Assembly (NCBI GenBank): GCA_964350735.1
Contig: CAYGKO010000002.1
Span: 90,134 to 154,133 of the forward strand
From: an uncultured Candidatus Saccharibacteria bacterium
GTDB taxonomy: Bacteria > Patescibacteriota > Minisyncoccia > Phycocordibacterales > UBA918
Reading direction: 5' to 3'
DNA: 64,000 nucleotides
The position numbers and the translations under genes are program-made. Below, one piece after another: positions 9,048 through 19,077 of the stretch; the stretch's first letter is position 1, and every line of letters begins with the position of its first letter. Below the pieces are notes generated by a model, which searched no databases, was not told where the DNA came from, and worked only from the letters and a program-made list of their open reading frames with translations.

Positions 9048-9680
9048 ATGGATTACGAAACTACTCGCCAACAAATCCTCAACTCAGACGAATTTGTACT
9101 GAGTGAGTTTCGCAAACTTCAGTATCTCTATGGACTCAAACGAGAAATTCGCTTCAACGAAACTCGTACTTGTACGGGCATGGGGGAGTCAGTAGCCGAG
9201 CATATATACGGCATGATGGTGGCAGCTAACTATTTTTTACCACTCGAAAATGTAGATGGTAACTGGGATCAAGCCAAGATCTTCAAAATGATCACGTGGC
9301 ATGACATCGAAGAACTTGAGGTGGGAGACATGATCGGCTATCTCAAGACACCTGAGCGCATGGTAGAAGAAGCTATTGCGGAAAAAGTGGCGGTGGCAAA
9401 GGCTCCTGACAGTATGCAAACTGAGATGCTCGCGGTATTAAAAGAATACAACCAACGGTCTTCCCCCGAAGCCCGGTTTGTAAAAGCTATCGACAAGATG
9501 GACAGCCTGCTACAGATGTATACACAGAGCGGGAAAGAAGTGGTAACCAGTATGCAGACAACCCTGAAGCAACACGAAGACAACAAAACTCCACACATGA
9601 AAGATTGGCCTTACATCTTTCGCTTCAAGCAAATTATTACTAACAGAATGGTCGAAGAGGGGTTTTTAATTACAAGTTAA
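9048..9680 (+). CDS. HD-domain phosphohydrolase (YfbR/HDDC2-like)
   Basis: ESVAEH, WHDIEE..GD and EARFVKAIDK. Confidence 0.88.
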   Translation: MDYETTRQQILNSDEFVLSEFRKLQYLYGLKREIRFNETRTCTGMGESVAEHIYGMMVAANYFLPLENVDGNWDQAKIFKMITWHDIEELEVGDMIGYLKTPERMVEEAIAEKVAVAKAPDSMQTEMLAVLKEYNQRSSPEARFVKAIDKMDSLLQMYTQSGKEVVTSMQTTLKQHEDNKTPHMKDWPYIFRFKQIITNRMVEEGFLITS

Positions 9681-10010
9681 ATGAAATCCCTTAAATTCAA
9701 ACCCGAACTTTGTAAACAAATAGTAGCAGGCAGCAAGACTGCAACTTGGCGCTTGTTTGATGATAAAGATCTGACTGTAGGTGACAAGATTAAGTTCATC
9801 AACAAAGACACCCTGGAAGCTTTTGGCACAGGAGAGATTACCCGACTTACAACAAGAACGTTAAGTACCCTTACAGAAGATGACTGGAAGGGGCACGAAC
9901 GATTTACTTCTGAAGTCGAAATGTATGCGACATACCGCAGTTACTACGGAAACGCTGTTGACGAGAATACTGAAGTAAAGTTGATCACTTTCACTTTTCA
10001 AGCCAAGTAG
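9681..10010 (+). CDS. ASCH-domain protein
   Basis: IVAGSKTATWR...VGDKIKF. Confidence 0.85.
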   Translation: MKSLKFKPELCKQIVAGSKTATWRLFDDKDLTVGDKIKFINKDTLEAFGTGEITRLTTRTLSTLTEDDWKGHERFTSEVEMYATYRSYYGNAVDENTEVKLITFTFQAK

Positions 10011-10045
10011 ATTTTTATTCACATCGTCATGCTACACTTTTCCTA

Positions 10046-10792
10046 ATGGAAGAAGTTACGTTAGACGCTAGCGCTTTTGCAGTAAAAACCGCGGTCTTTG
10101 AAGGACCGATGGAGCTTTTGTTGGAGCTGGTGGAAAAGCGAAAACTGCTCATTAATGACATTAGTCTGGCAACGGTAACCGATGAATACATGCGAGAAGT
10201 CTCGCTGATGCAAGAACAGTCACTCCCAAACACCGCGCAGTTTATTGCCCTCGCCGCCACACTACTTTTAATTAAATCCAAGTCACTCTTACCGATCCTT
10301 GACCTCACTCCAGAAGAAGAGGAGAGTATCGATGATCTTGAAGAGCGGCTTAAGCTTTACAAGATCTATCGTGACGCGGCGGCGCACGTCGAAGAACGCT
10401 TTGGCAAGCAGGTTATGCACTCACGACAGTTCATCGCCTCAACCGAACCAATCTTCACCACCGACAAATTCACTGAAGCAGGTGTCCTACAGCAAGCTAT
10501 CTGGGACGTCATCAGCTCACTCCCGAAAAAAGAAATCAAACCACGAGTACAAGTGCGCCCAGTCATATCACTGGAAGAAATGATCGACCGACTACATAAA
10601 CGAATTGAGAATCAACTAAAACTTCGTTTTAGCGAGCTGGTTGGTACTGAGCGGGAACATAAAACGGTGATTGTAGGCTTCCTGGCGGTCTTAGAGTCCG
10701 TCAAACAGGGGAGTATCCTCGTGGCGCAAGCCCAGCGCTTTGATGAGATACATATTGAAAAGGAAAAAACTGGAGCACCACGGTATTATTAA
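10046..10792 (+). CDS. scpA: Segregation and condensation protein A
   Basis: FEGPMELLLELV, ATLLLIKSKSLLP and FLAVLE. Confidence 0.95.
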   Translation: MEEVTLDASAFAVKTAVFEGPMELLLELVEKRKLLINDISLATVTDEYMREVSLMQEQSLPNTAQFIALAATLLLIKSKSLLPILDLTPEEEESIDDLEERLKLYKIYRDAAAHVEERFGKQVMHSRQFIASTEPIFTTDKFTEAGVLQQAIWDVISSLPKKEIKPRVQVRPVISLEEMIDRLHKRIENQLKLRFSELVGTEREHKTVIVGFLAVLESVKQGSILVAQAQRFDEIHIEKEKTGAPRYY

Positions 10793-10799
10793 AAATTTA

Positions 10800-10828
10800 G
10801 GGGCCACGCCAGAGTATGACGTAGCCCC
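10800..10828 (-). terminator. Intrinsic terminator-like hairpin (best pairing on the minus strand)
   Basis: Minus strand: GGGGCTACGTCA-tactc-TGGCGTGGCCCC followed by taaattttt. Confidence 0.55.
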
Positions 10829-10853
10829 ATGGGGTTGCGAATCCCGGTCAGAT

Positions 10854-11169
10854 CAAGGTAATCGAAACTTGACTGACGGTACGGTTTCGTGTGTTATGAA
10901 CATATTGCACCTCCGTGCAAAACTGTGATTGAGGTAAAAGTAATATCAATAAGTCTCCTTACGACATTAACTCCTACCGAAGCTGACATGAAATTGTGCG
11001 CTTCCGTTAAACGCTATTTCAGTCAACTTCATTTCAGCCCAGCGATGAACGTGCCGCTCATTGCTAGGCTGTATGCCGGCGCCGTCGATCAGGTTGTGAT
11101 CGACGCCTCGCCGTCGGACAAAAGGAAATTATTGAGAAAAGCCAAACGGCCAGGGTCAAATCCTTTCAT
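10854..11169 (-). pseudogene. Probable decayed orphan gene in a self-contained minus-strand cassette
   Basis: TTGACA (11238-11233), TAAAGT (11216-11211), SD GGAGGG and ATG at 11169. The ORF stops after 26 aa; a shifted frame continues to a TAA at 10967. Confidence 0.4.
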
Positions 11170-11313
11170 ATTGTTCCCTCCATTGGGGCGGCATGCCCCG
11201 GAACAAAAATACTTTAACATATATAAAATTTATGTCAACTATTTTTGATCAAAAGATAGCTGTACAAAACAGGCGAAACTGGGGCGTATTTCTGTTAGAA
11301 TAGAGCTACAACT

Positions 11314-11847
11314 ATGACGTTAGAGCAAAAACTGGAGGGGGTGCTGTTTTATAAGGCAGCGCCAATGAAGAAGAACGCCTTACTGAAGCTTTTTGAAGTG
11401 TCTGACGAGGAGCTACACACCGCCAGCACCGCTCTAGCAGAACGACTCACGAGTGGCGCTACCAGACTCCTCACCACTGATACTGAAGTTGAGCTAGTGA
11501 CAGCCTCTGAACTCGATGAACTGATTGAATCAATCAGAAAAGATGAAATGAAGCGTGACATCGGTAAAGCCGGAGCTGAAACACTAGCTATTGTCCTATA
11601 CCGTGGCCCGGTCACGCGAACCGATATCGACCGTGTCCGAGGTGTAAACTCGTCATTTATCCTACGGAATTTACTAGTACGCGGACTAGTTGAAAAAAGT
11701 GGGGAAGGGCGCAACGTGAAATACGCCGCCTCAGCTTCACTCTTAGCCCATCTTGGTGTGAGCGATAAAACCGCCATGCCCGGCTTTGCAGACATCATGA
11801 ACACTTTAGATGCGCACGAAAAACAACTTGATGCAGAAACTATATGA
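11314..11847 (+). CDS. scpB: Segregation and condensation protein B
   Basis: AETLAIVLYRGPVTRTDIDRVRGVNS...LLVRGLV. Confidence 0.95.
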   Translation: MTLEQKLEGVLFYKAAPMKKNALLKLFEVSDEELHTASTALAERLTSGATRLLTTDTEVELVTASELDELIESIRKDEMKRDIGKAGAETLAIVLYRGPVTRTDIDRVRGVNSSFILRNLLVRGLVEKSGEGRNVKYAASASLLAHLGVSDKTAMPGFADIMNTLDAHEKQLDAETI

Positions 11848-12833
11848 TTGAGCCTGAAACAATCGAAGAATCCCATGTCCCTGTAGTACAGCAGTTGGCA
11901 GTTATCGCCGTTATTTTACTGCTGATTTTTGGCACTGGCTTCGCTCCTCGTATTTTCGCTCGCTGGCAAGACAAAACTCCCGTCACTGATGTGGTAATCG
12001 AATATACTGAAGATCACGTGGTTACCTCACCAGAAAAACAGCAAGAAATCAAAAAAACCTTGAACGACATAAACATTACCGGTCAATCTGCCTTTGTCTG
12101 GGATATCAATGCGCAGAAAATGTTGTACCAGAAGAATCCCGATGAGCAGTTACCGATCGCCTCCATTACTAAACTCATGACCGCCTTGGTCGCTCACGAA
12201 CTACTTGAAGGAAGTGAAGCCGTGGAAGTGACACTATCAGCCATTCAGCAGGATGGAGCGAGCGGGTTTGTAGATGGTGAATCATTTACTCTCCAGTCAC
12301 TTACGGATCTTACGTTAGTTTCTTCTTCAAACGATGGAGCTTTTGCTCTAGCTGCAAACGTAGGAGCGTTACTCGCTCCACAAGGTGACGCTGGTACATT
12401 TGTACAAGCCATGAATATCAGAGCTAAAGAACTTGGTTTAGATCAAACCTATTTCCGTAATCCAACTGGGCTAGATATTAGTCAGTCAGAAGCCGGTGCG
12501 TATAGTTCAGCGCGCGATATTACCTTCTTACTTGAATATATTTTGAAGCACAATCCTGAAGTAGTAGAAGGCACAGATGCCTCTCGGGTACAGATCTACA
12601 ACGCCAATGGTGCTTACCACGCCGCCAACAACACCAATGCCGCTATCGACGAACTCGCTGGTCTCATTGCCTCAAAAACCGGCTATACCGAACTAGCCGG
12701 CGGCAATCTTGCCATTGCGTTTGATGCCAGCTTGAATCGGCCAGTAGTGGTGGTGGTACTAGGATCCACTCGCAGCGAACGCTTCTCTGACGTTGTAGCA
12801 CTCTCTGAAGCAGTCAGATCAATAACTAACTAG
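11844..12833 (+). CDS. D-alanyl-D-alanine carboxypeptidase (peptidase S11)
   Basis: SxxK (ASITKLMT), SxN (SSN), KTG and NPTGLD, with an N-terminal TM. Confidence 0.92.
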   Translation: MIEPETIEESHVPVVQQLAVIAVILLLIFGTGFAPRIFARWQDKTPVTDVVIEYTEDHVVTSPEKQQEIKKTLNDINITGQSAFVWDINAQKMLYQKNPDEQLPIASITKLMTALVAHELLEGSEAVEVTLSAIQQDGASGFVDGESFTLQSLTDLTLVSSSNDGAFALAANVGALLAPQGDAGTFVQAMNIRAKELGLDQTYFRNPTGLDISQSEAGAYSSARDITFLLEYILKHNPEVVEGTDASRVQIYNANGAYHAANNTNAAIDELAGLIASKTGYTELAGGNLAIAFDASLNRPVVVVVLGSTRSERFSDVVALSEAVRSITN

Positions 12834-12837
12834 TTCT

Positions 12838-13911
12838 ATGGAATCACTTATTATCAAAGTATTTGCACCTACCGCCATAGCGTTTTTCATGGGTATTGCA
12901 ATCACACCGTTTGTAACTCATTACCTCTACAAATGGAAAGCCTGGAAAAAACAATCTGGTAAAGGAGCTGGGTATGGCGGCGGCGGAACACCGATCTTTG
13001 ACGAGTTACACAAAGAAAAAGATACTAACACACCTCGCATGGGCGGGATCATCATCTGGGCGAGTGTCTTACTTACAATGGTACTCATTATGATAGCTGA
13101 ATGGGTGATTCCTGGCGAAGGAGTGCGCTCTCTCAACTTCTTAAGTCGAGAACAAACCTGGCTACCGCTTTTTGCCCTCTTAGTTGGAGCCGCCGTTGGA
13201 TTTGCTGATGATTTGTTAGTAGTGCGGGGTACAGGAAAACATTTCGCTGGTGGTCTACCACTTTCACAACGCCTGATCATGGTGGGATTTACAGCCCTGT
13301 TTAGCGCCTGGTGGTTCTACGAAAAATTGGATGTAAGTGGCATTAACTTAATTGGTTATGGTCCAGTGGAGATGGGTATCTATTTCATTCCATTCTTTGT
13401 TTTTATTGCAACTTGTGTCTATATGAGCAGCGTAATTGACGGTATTGACGGTCTGTCCGGAGGGGTGTTCATGTTTATTTTTACTGCCTATGCTGGTATC
13501 GCATTCTTTCAAGAGCAGTACGACATTGCTGCTCTCTGTGCCACTATCGTCGGAGGCATCTTAGCTTTTCTTTGGTTTAACGTTCCACCAGCACGCTTCT
13601 ATATGACCGAGACAGGCATTATGGCGCTCACTATGTGCCTAACTGTTGTTGCCTTTATGACCGACAGCCTCGGAGGCGGGGAAGGGGTGTCGGTACTACC
13701 GGTGATCGGATTTCTACTGGTTGTTACTGTCGCCTCTAATACCCTGCAGATACTCTCTAAAAAAATTAGAGGCAAGAAAGTCTTTTTAGTCGCACCCATC
13801 CATCATCACTTCGAAGCCCTTGGCTGGCCTGCACATAAAGTTACTATGCGATATTGGATCCTTGGTTTCGTTTCCGCAGTTATCGGAATGTTACTCGCGA
13901 TCGCTCTATAA
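12838..13911 (+). CDS. mraY: Phospho-N-acetylmuramoyl-pentapeptide transferase
   Basis: TPRMGG, GFADD, DGIDGL, WFNVPPA and APIHHHFE. Confidence 0.95.
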   Translation: MESLIIKVFAPTAIAFFMGIAITPFVTHYLYKWKAWKKQSGKGAGYGGGGTPIFDELHKEKDTNTPRMGGIIIWASVLLTMVLIMIAEWVIPGEGVRSLNFLSREQTWLPLFALLVGAAVGFADDLLVVRGTGKHFAGGLPLSQRLIMVGFTALFSAWWFYEKLDVSGINLIGYGPVEMGIYFIPFFVFIATCVYMSSVIDGIDGLSGGVFMFIFTAYAGIAFFQEQYDIAALCATIVGGILAFLWFNVPPARFYMTETGIMALTMCLTVVAFMTDSLGGGEGVSVLPVIGFLLVVTVASNTLQILSKKIRGKKVFLVAPIHHHFEALGWPAHKVTMRYWILGFVSAVIGMLLAIAL

Positions 13912-13913
13912 GT

Positions 13914-15011
13914 ATGGAGAAGCGAGTTGATCGAATTCTACTCGGGATTATTTCACTTTTAGTGATTGGCGGTTTCTTTATATTTACTTCGGCTTCACTT
14001 GGTCTACTGGCCCGCGACGGAGCTCGCTTCACTTCTGTAGCAACCAGTCAGATTCTATTTGGAATTATCGGTGGTAGTATCGCCCTATTTGTGGCTAGTC
14101 AAATCTACTACCGGAACTGGCGCCAGTATGCGTTTTATATCTTTCTTGCCAGCATTGCCCTGACCTTACTAGTATTTGTCCCGGGCATTGGTTTTAGTCA
14201 TGGTGGAGCACAACGGTGGATTTTAATTGGTGGATTCTCTTTTCAGCCTGCCGAATTCCTAAAAGTAGCTTTTATTATCTACATGGCCACTTGGCTCTCC
14301 GGAATGCAAAAATACATTGCAGACACCCTGCGTGGCACTTTACCGTTTGCTGGAATTGTTGGGGGAGTAGGGATTGTTATGCTATTGCAACCAGACACTG
14401 ACACCTTCCTTATTATGGCCACGGCAGCTACCGCTATGTTCATTATCGCTGGTGGACGCTGGCGTGATGTGGCTCTTATGGGTGTGGCTGCCCTCGGTCT
14501 GGTTTTGCTACTGGCCTTCACTCGACCCTATATCATGGATCGTATTACAAGCTTTATGAATCCTGATTTAGATCCACTCGGCTCTAGCTACCAGGTACAA
14601 CAGTCACTGATTGCGGTTGGGTCAGGTGGTCTCACTGGACGCGGTTTTGGTCAAAGTATCCAAAAATTTGAATACTTACCTGAACCCATCGGTGACTCTA
14701 TTTTTGCAGTCTACGCTGAAGAATTTGGCTTCCTCGGCAGCGTGATGCTAATCCTGATCTTGTCTTTCTTTACCTTCCGCGGTTACAAAATTGCCTCACA
14801 TGCCAAAGACCAATTCGGCATGCTGTTGGTCGTGGGAATCATGACCCTGATTGTGATACAGGCCTTTCTCAACATAGCCTCGATGGTGGCGCTATTTCCC
14901 ATGTCAGGATTGCCATTACCATTCATAAGTCACGGCGGAACAGCCTTGCTCGCCACACTTGGGGCCGTTGGGATTGTATTGAATGTGTCTAAGTACCAAA
15001 AGAAACTTTAG
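13914..15011 (+). CDS. ftsW: SEDS peptidoglycan polymerase
   Basis: GAQRWI, FQPAEFLK, LQPD, GSGGLTGRG, YLPE and PLPFISHGG, located between mraY and murG. Confidence 0.92.
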   Translation: MEKRVDRILLGIISLLVIGGFFIFTSASLGLLARDGARFTSVATSQILFGIIGGSIALFVASQIYYRNWRQYAFYIFLASIALTLLVFVPGIGFSHGGAQRWILIGGFSFQPAEFLKVAFIIYMATWLSGMQKYIADTLRGTLPFAGIVGGVGIVMLLQPDTDTFLIMATAATAMFIIAGGRWRDVALMGVAALGLVLLLAFTRPYIMDRITSFMNPDLDPLGSSYQVQQSLIAVGSGGLTGRGFGQSIQKFEYLPEPIGDSIFAVYAEEFGFLGSVMLILILSFFTFRGYKIASHAKDQFGMLLVVGIMTLIVIQAFLNIASMVALFPMSGLPLPFISHGGTALLATLGAVGIVLNVSKYQKKL

Positions 15012-15037
15012 GTAATCAAGTATACTTATACATAATC

Positions 15038-16165
15038 ATGACACGGATTATTTTAGTTGGCGGGGGCACAGGTGGACATTTTTATCCGCTTATTGCGATT
15101 GCTGAAGCAATTCGTGAACGTGATCAAGTTGCTGGCACTACCACAGACTTACGATACATTGGACCAGAACCCTACAACCAAACAGCTCTTGACGCGCTCA
15201 ATATTTCTTACATTCATTGCCCGGCTGGTAAACAACGCCGCTACGCTTCGATCCGTAACTTCTTTGATAAATTTACTAGTATCTATGGCTCCTTCGTTGC
15301 CATGATTAAACTCTTAATCATCTACCCAGATGTCATCATGAGTAAAGGTGGCTTTACGAGTGTGCCAGTAGTCCTAGCCGCTGGTTTTCTACGTATCCCA
15401 CTCGTGATTCATGACTCTGATGCGGTCCCAGGAAAAGCGAACAAAATTGCCGCCAAGCTTGCTCGTTACATTGCAATATCATACGAAGACGCTGTCCAAT
15501 TTTTCCCTGCTGGGAAAACAGCCCTTACTGGTATCCCAATTCGTAAATCCTTTTTTACACCGATTGTTGATCCCCGAGCAACGCTCGGCATCACTAGTGC
15601 ATTGCCGATCATCTTTATTACCGGGGGCTCAACTGGCGCCGAACGTATCAACAATTTAATTCTCGATTCTTTAGACGAACTACTGCCTAAATATATTCTC
15701 ATCCACCAAGCTGGTGAAGCAAATGAAGTTGCAGTGAAACAAACTGCGAGCGCATTGATTACCGATCAAAAACTTCTGAACCGGTATTTCATTCTTGGAC
15801 ACATGCCGGGTGATATTTTCTCAGCTGCCCAAAGTGCGGCCAGTATTATCATTTCTAGAGCAGGAAGTGGCACTATTGCAGAGATTGCCCTAAAGGGGAA
15901 GCCCAGCATTATTATTCCAATTCCTGAAGACATCAGTCATGACCAGCGCACTAATGCGTTTGCATACGCCCGTACCGGCGCTGCTTCAGTGATTGAAGAA
16001 GAGAACCTCACTGACGGACTTCTGACCGCTGAAATAACGCGTATACTCAGCGATGAATCAGTCCGTACTAGCATGAGCGCTGCCGCTAAAGCCTTTACAC
16101 ATCCAGACGCAGCCTATACACTCGCAGATACTTTACTAGGTATAGCCTCAGAACATGAACAATAA
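15038..16165 (+). CDS. murG: MurG glycosyltransferase
   Basis: GGGTGGHFYP, SKGGFTS, GGSTGA, SRAGSGT and HDQRTNA. Confidence 0.96.
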   Translation: MTRIILVGGGTGGHFYPLIAIAEAIRERDQVAGTTTDLRYIGPEPYNQTALDALNISYIHCPAGKQRRYASIRNFFDKFTSIYGSFVAMIKLLIIYPDVIMSKGGFTSVPVVLAAGFLRIPLVIHDSDAVPGKANKIAAKLARYIAISYEDAVQFFPAGKTALTGIPIRKSFFTPIVDPRATLGITSALPIIFITGGSTGAERINNLILDSLDELLPKYILIHQAGEANEVAVKQTASALITDQKLLNRYFILGHMPGDIFSAAQSAASIIISRAGSGTIAEIALKGKPSIIIPIPEDISHDQRTNAFAYARTGAASVIEEENLTDGLLTAEITRILSDESVRTSMSAAAKAFTHPDAAYTLADTLLGIASEHEQ

Positions 16166-17606
16166 AATTGTCACCAGATTCGCTCCGTCACCAACTGGTT
16201 TTATGCACATAGGTGGTGTTCGAACTGCTCTATATGCTCACATGGCAGCTGCCAAATCTGACGGTACGTTTATTTTGCGAATTGAAGACACCGATAAAGA
16301 ACGTGAAGTAGACGGCTCGATTGAGCATATTAAAGAATCCCTTACGTGGCTTGGAATCGACTGGGAGTACGGACCAGATAAACCCGGGCCATTTGGATCA
16401 TGCATTCAATCTGAACGTCTCAGCACCTACCAAGTATGGGCCCAAAAACTGATCGACAAAGGACTGGCCTACCCCGACCCATATACGCAAGACGAGATCA
16501 ATAAATTTCGTGAAGTCGCCCAAGCAGAGAAGCGGCCATTTCTATACCGAAATCATCGACCTGAAACATTTGGAGTTTGGGACGGATCTGTCCCATTGCG
16601 ATTCAAGACACCTGAAATCAAACGCTACAGCTGGACAGACGAAGTCCGAGGCGAACTAACGGCCGGGGAAGAAACATTGGATGATTTTATTTTGATAAAA
16701 AGTGATGGCTACCCAACCTATAACTTCGCTCATATTGTTGACGACTTTGAAATGGGTGTCACTCATGTCATGCGCGGGGATGAATTTATCTCCAGCACGT
16801 CAAAGTTTCTGAGTCTCTACGATGCGCTAGAAATACCATACCCAAAGTTTATTTCATTGCCTCCGATCATGGCCGCTGACGGGAAGAAAAAACTTGGAAA
16901 AAGAGATGGTGCAAAAGACCTTTTAGAGTACCGCACTGAAGGCTATCTGACTGAGACAATGCGTAATTTTTTAGCTTTAATAGGCTGGAATCCAGGCGGT
17001 GAACAAGAAGTATTTCCAGGAGATACTTTACAAGCTGCTTTTAGTATAGGAAAAATTCAAAAGTCTGGTGGTGCATTTAATGAAGAGAAGCTGTTATGGA
17101 TGAACAAGCAATATCTTGATCGACAAACTGAAGAATTCAAACAAGCCTATTTTGTAGACTCACTACCGGCCTCGATTACAGCCCTACCTCTATACTCCGA
17201 AAAACAAGCTGAACGCCTACAGCCGGCTGTATTTGATCGTATCCACACCAAGACAGAAATTATTACTGCCGCCGAAGCAGGAGACTACAACTGGGCTTTT
17301 GCACCAATTACCGTAGAAACTACTATGTTAGCCTGGAAAAATGACGATAGCGCTGCGGCTGCTGTACCGCGACTAAAGAAAGTTCTCGAACTACTCGCGA
17401 CAGCTGATTTCAGTACCCCAGAGACACTGAAGACCGCTCTCTGGCCTTACGCCGAAGAAGTTGGAAAAGGTGAGGTGCTCTGGCCGCTTCGAGTTGCGCT
17501 CACTGGGGCAGAACGTTCACCTGATCCATTCTCGTGCTTATATATCCTCCAAAGAGAAGAATCTATCCAGCGTATCAAAGCAGCTTGTGATAAAATAGGG
17601 GCGTAA
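16155..17606 (+). CDS. gltX: Glutamate--tRNA ligase
   Basis: RFAPSPTGFMHIGG, LRIEDTD, THVMRGDE and KLGKR. Confidence 0.96.
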   Translation: MNNKIVTRFAPSPTGFMHIGGVRTALYAHMAAAKSDGTFILRIEDTDKEREVDGSIEHIKESLTWLGIDWEYGPDKPGPFGSCIQSERLSTYQVWAQKLIDKGLAYPDPYTQDEINKFREVAQAEKRPFLYRNHRPETFGVWDGSVPLRFKTPEIKRYSWTDEVRGELTAGEETLDDFILIKSDGYPTYNFAHIVDDFEMGVTHVMRGDEFISSTSKFLSLYDALEIPYPKFISLPPIMAADGKKKLGKRDGAKDLLEYRTEGYLTETMRNFLALIGWNPGGEQEVFPGDTLQAAFSIGKIQKSGGAFNEEKLLWMNKQYLDRQTEEFKQAYFVDSLPASITALPLYSEKQAERLQPAVFDRIHTKTEIITAAEAGDYNWAFAPITVETTMLAWKNDDSAAAAVPRLKKVLELLATADFSTPETLKTALWPYAEEVGKGEVLWPLRVALTGAERSPDPFSCLYILQREESIQRIKAACDKIGA

Positions 17607-18913
17607 TGTCCGCATCGTGCATTAGAGCTTTCGTATTAGGGGTATGTATTATTCCGCTGCTTTCAAGTGGTTTGCATTTTACTAGTACCGCCAATGCCCA
17701 AAGCGAAGTAGAAAAGCTCCAGTCAGAGATTGCAGACCGAAACAATCGACTAGAAGAAATTGAAAAAGAAATTACTGAGTTTGAAGGCGCGCTAGCAGAA
17801 GTAGGGGCAGAGAAAAGCACACTCCAAAGTGCTATCAATAAACTCGAATTAGAACGACGAAAAGTAAATGCCGATCTTTCATATACTCAAAACCAAATCA
17901 GCTCAACTGATTTACAGATTAGTAAGCTTACTATCGAAATCGGCGCTGCTGAAAATAAAATTAACAGCAATGAGTCAGCGGTTGCTGAAATTATCCGTAC
18001 CATCAATTCCTCTGATGATGACTCTCTGATCGAAATTCTCCTTACTCATCAAAATATTTCAGAATTCTGGGGTACTCTTGAAGATTTAGACTCCGTTAAA
18101 CGAGCCATGGGTGACCAAGTAAAAGAACTCTTAGATTTAAAGACGACGATGGAAACGAAGCGCGAACAAGAAACACAGAAGCGAGACAGTCTAGACACAC
18201 TCAAAAGCAAGTACGGCGGTCAACAAGCTGTCTTAGAAAATAACAAGGCTGAGAAAGATCAGCTTTTACAAGCTACAAAGAATGAAGAAGCGAGCTACCA
18301 AAACCTTCTCCAAACTAAACTAGACGCTCGGGAGCAGTTACGCAGGGAAGTACAGGACATTGAATCACAACTACAATTCATTCTTGACCCTAATACCATC
18401 CCAACTCCAGGCACACCAGTCTTTCGCTGGCCGCTTGATAATGTAATCATCACCCAGCGCTTTGGATACACTCGCTTCGCACTTTCTGGTGCCTATGGAG
18501 GGAGTCAACACAATGGTATGGACTTAGGTGCGCCCGTAGGCACACCACTCTACGCGCCTCTCACCGGAACCGTCCGCAACGTCGGCAACACCGACGCGGT
18601 TCCTGGCTGTTATTCTTGGGGTAAATGGCTCTTGATTGACCACCCTAATGGTCTCTCAACTATGTTCGCCCACATGAGTCATATTAGCGTCACACCAGGT
18701 CAAAGTATAAGTACCGGCGACATCGTGGGATACGTTGGCAATACTGGCTACTCAACCGGCCCGCACCTCCACTACACCCTGTATGTTTCTGACGCTGTCC
18801 AAGTAAAGAAATTCAATGAATTTAAAGCTGTTACCGGCTGTGGAGCTGCTCTTTCGCCATTCTCGGCCATCGAAGGCTACCTTGATCCACTCGACTTCTT
18901 ACCACCCCGCTAA
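17606..18913 (+). CDS. Secreted coiled-coil M23 family peptidase
   Basis: Signal peptide, long coiled coil, HNGMD and STGPHLH. Confidence 0.9.
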   Translation: MSASCIRAFVLGVCIIPLLSSGLHFTSTANAQSEVEKLQSEIADRNNRLEEIEKEITEFEGALAEVGAEKSTLQSAINKLELERRKVNADLSYTQNQISSTDLQISKLTIEIGAAENKINSNESAVAEIIRTINSSDDDSLIEILLTHQNISEFWGTLEDLDSVKRAMGDQVKELLDLKTTMETKREQETQKRDSLDTLKSKYGGQQAVLENNKAEKDQLLQATKNEEASYQNLLQTKLDAREQLRREVQDIESQLQFILDPNTIPTPGTPVFRWPLDNVIITQRFGYTRFALSGAYGGSQHNGMDLGAPVGTPLYAPLTGTVRNVGNTDAVPGCYSWGKWLLIDHPNGLSTMFAHMSHISVTPGQSISTGDIVGYVGNTGYSTGPHLHYTLYVSDAVQVKKFNEFKAVTGCGAALSPFSAIEGYLDPLDFLPPR

Positions 18914-19007
18914 ACTGTGGAAAAGTCCTTGATATCGTGGGGACAAGGTGGGGAAGGGATGCTATTATAAGTGTGCGATGCACTGCATCGTAGGAACTTA
19001 CCCCTCC

Positions 19008-19031
19008 AAAAGCCCGCAAACAGCGGGCTTT
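19008..19031 (+). terminator. Intrinsic terminator-like hairpin
   Basis: aaaagcccgc-aaaca-gcgggcttt. Confidence 0.6.
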
Positions 19032-19077
19032 CGGGTCAAACTCTCTACGACAGCAACAGTGCTACACTGTGGATATC

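Noticed and set aside
10800-10890. GGGGC-starting structured segment considered as tmRNA, SRP RNA, RNase P RNA or tRNA
   Set aside because: It has no tRNA-like acceptor/T-arm closure, no SRP GGAA-AGCAG motif and no RNase P GAGGAAAGTCC. It is better explained as a minus-strand terminator plus local hairpins.
10889-11248. Plus-strand 119-aa ORF
   Set aside because: It has a GTG start without expression signals, and the promoter, SD and terminator all point to the minus strand.
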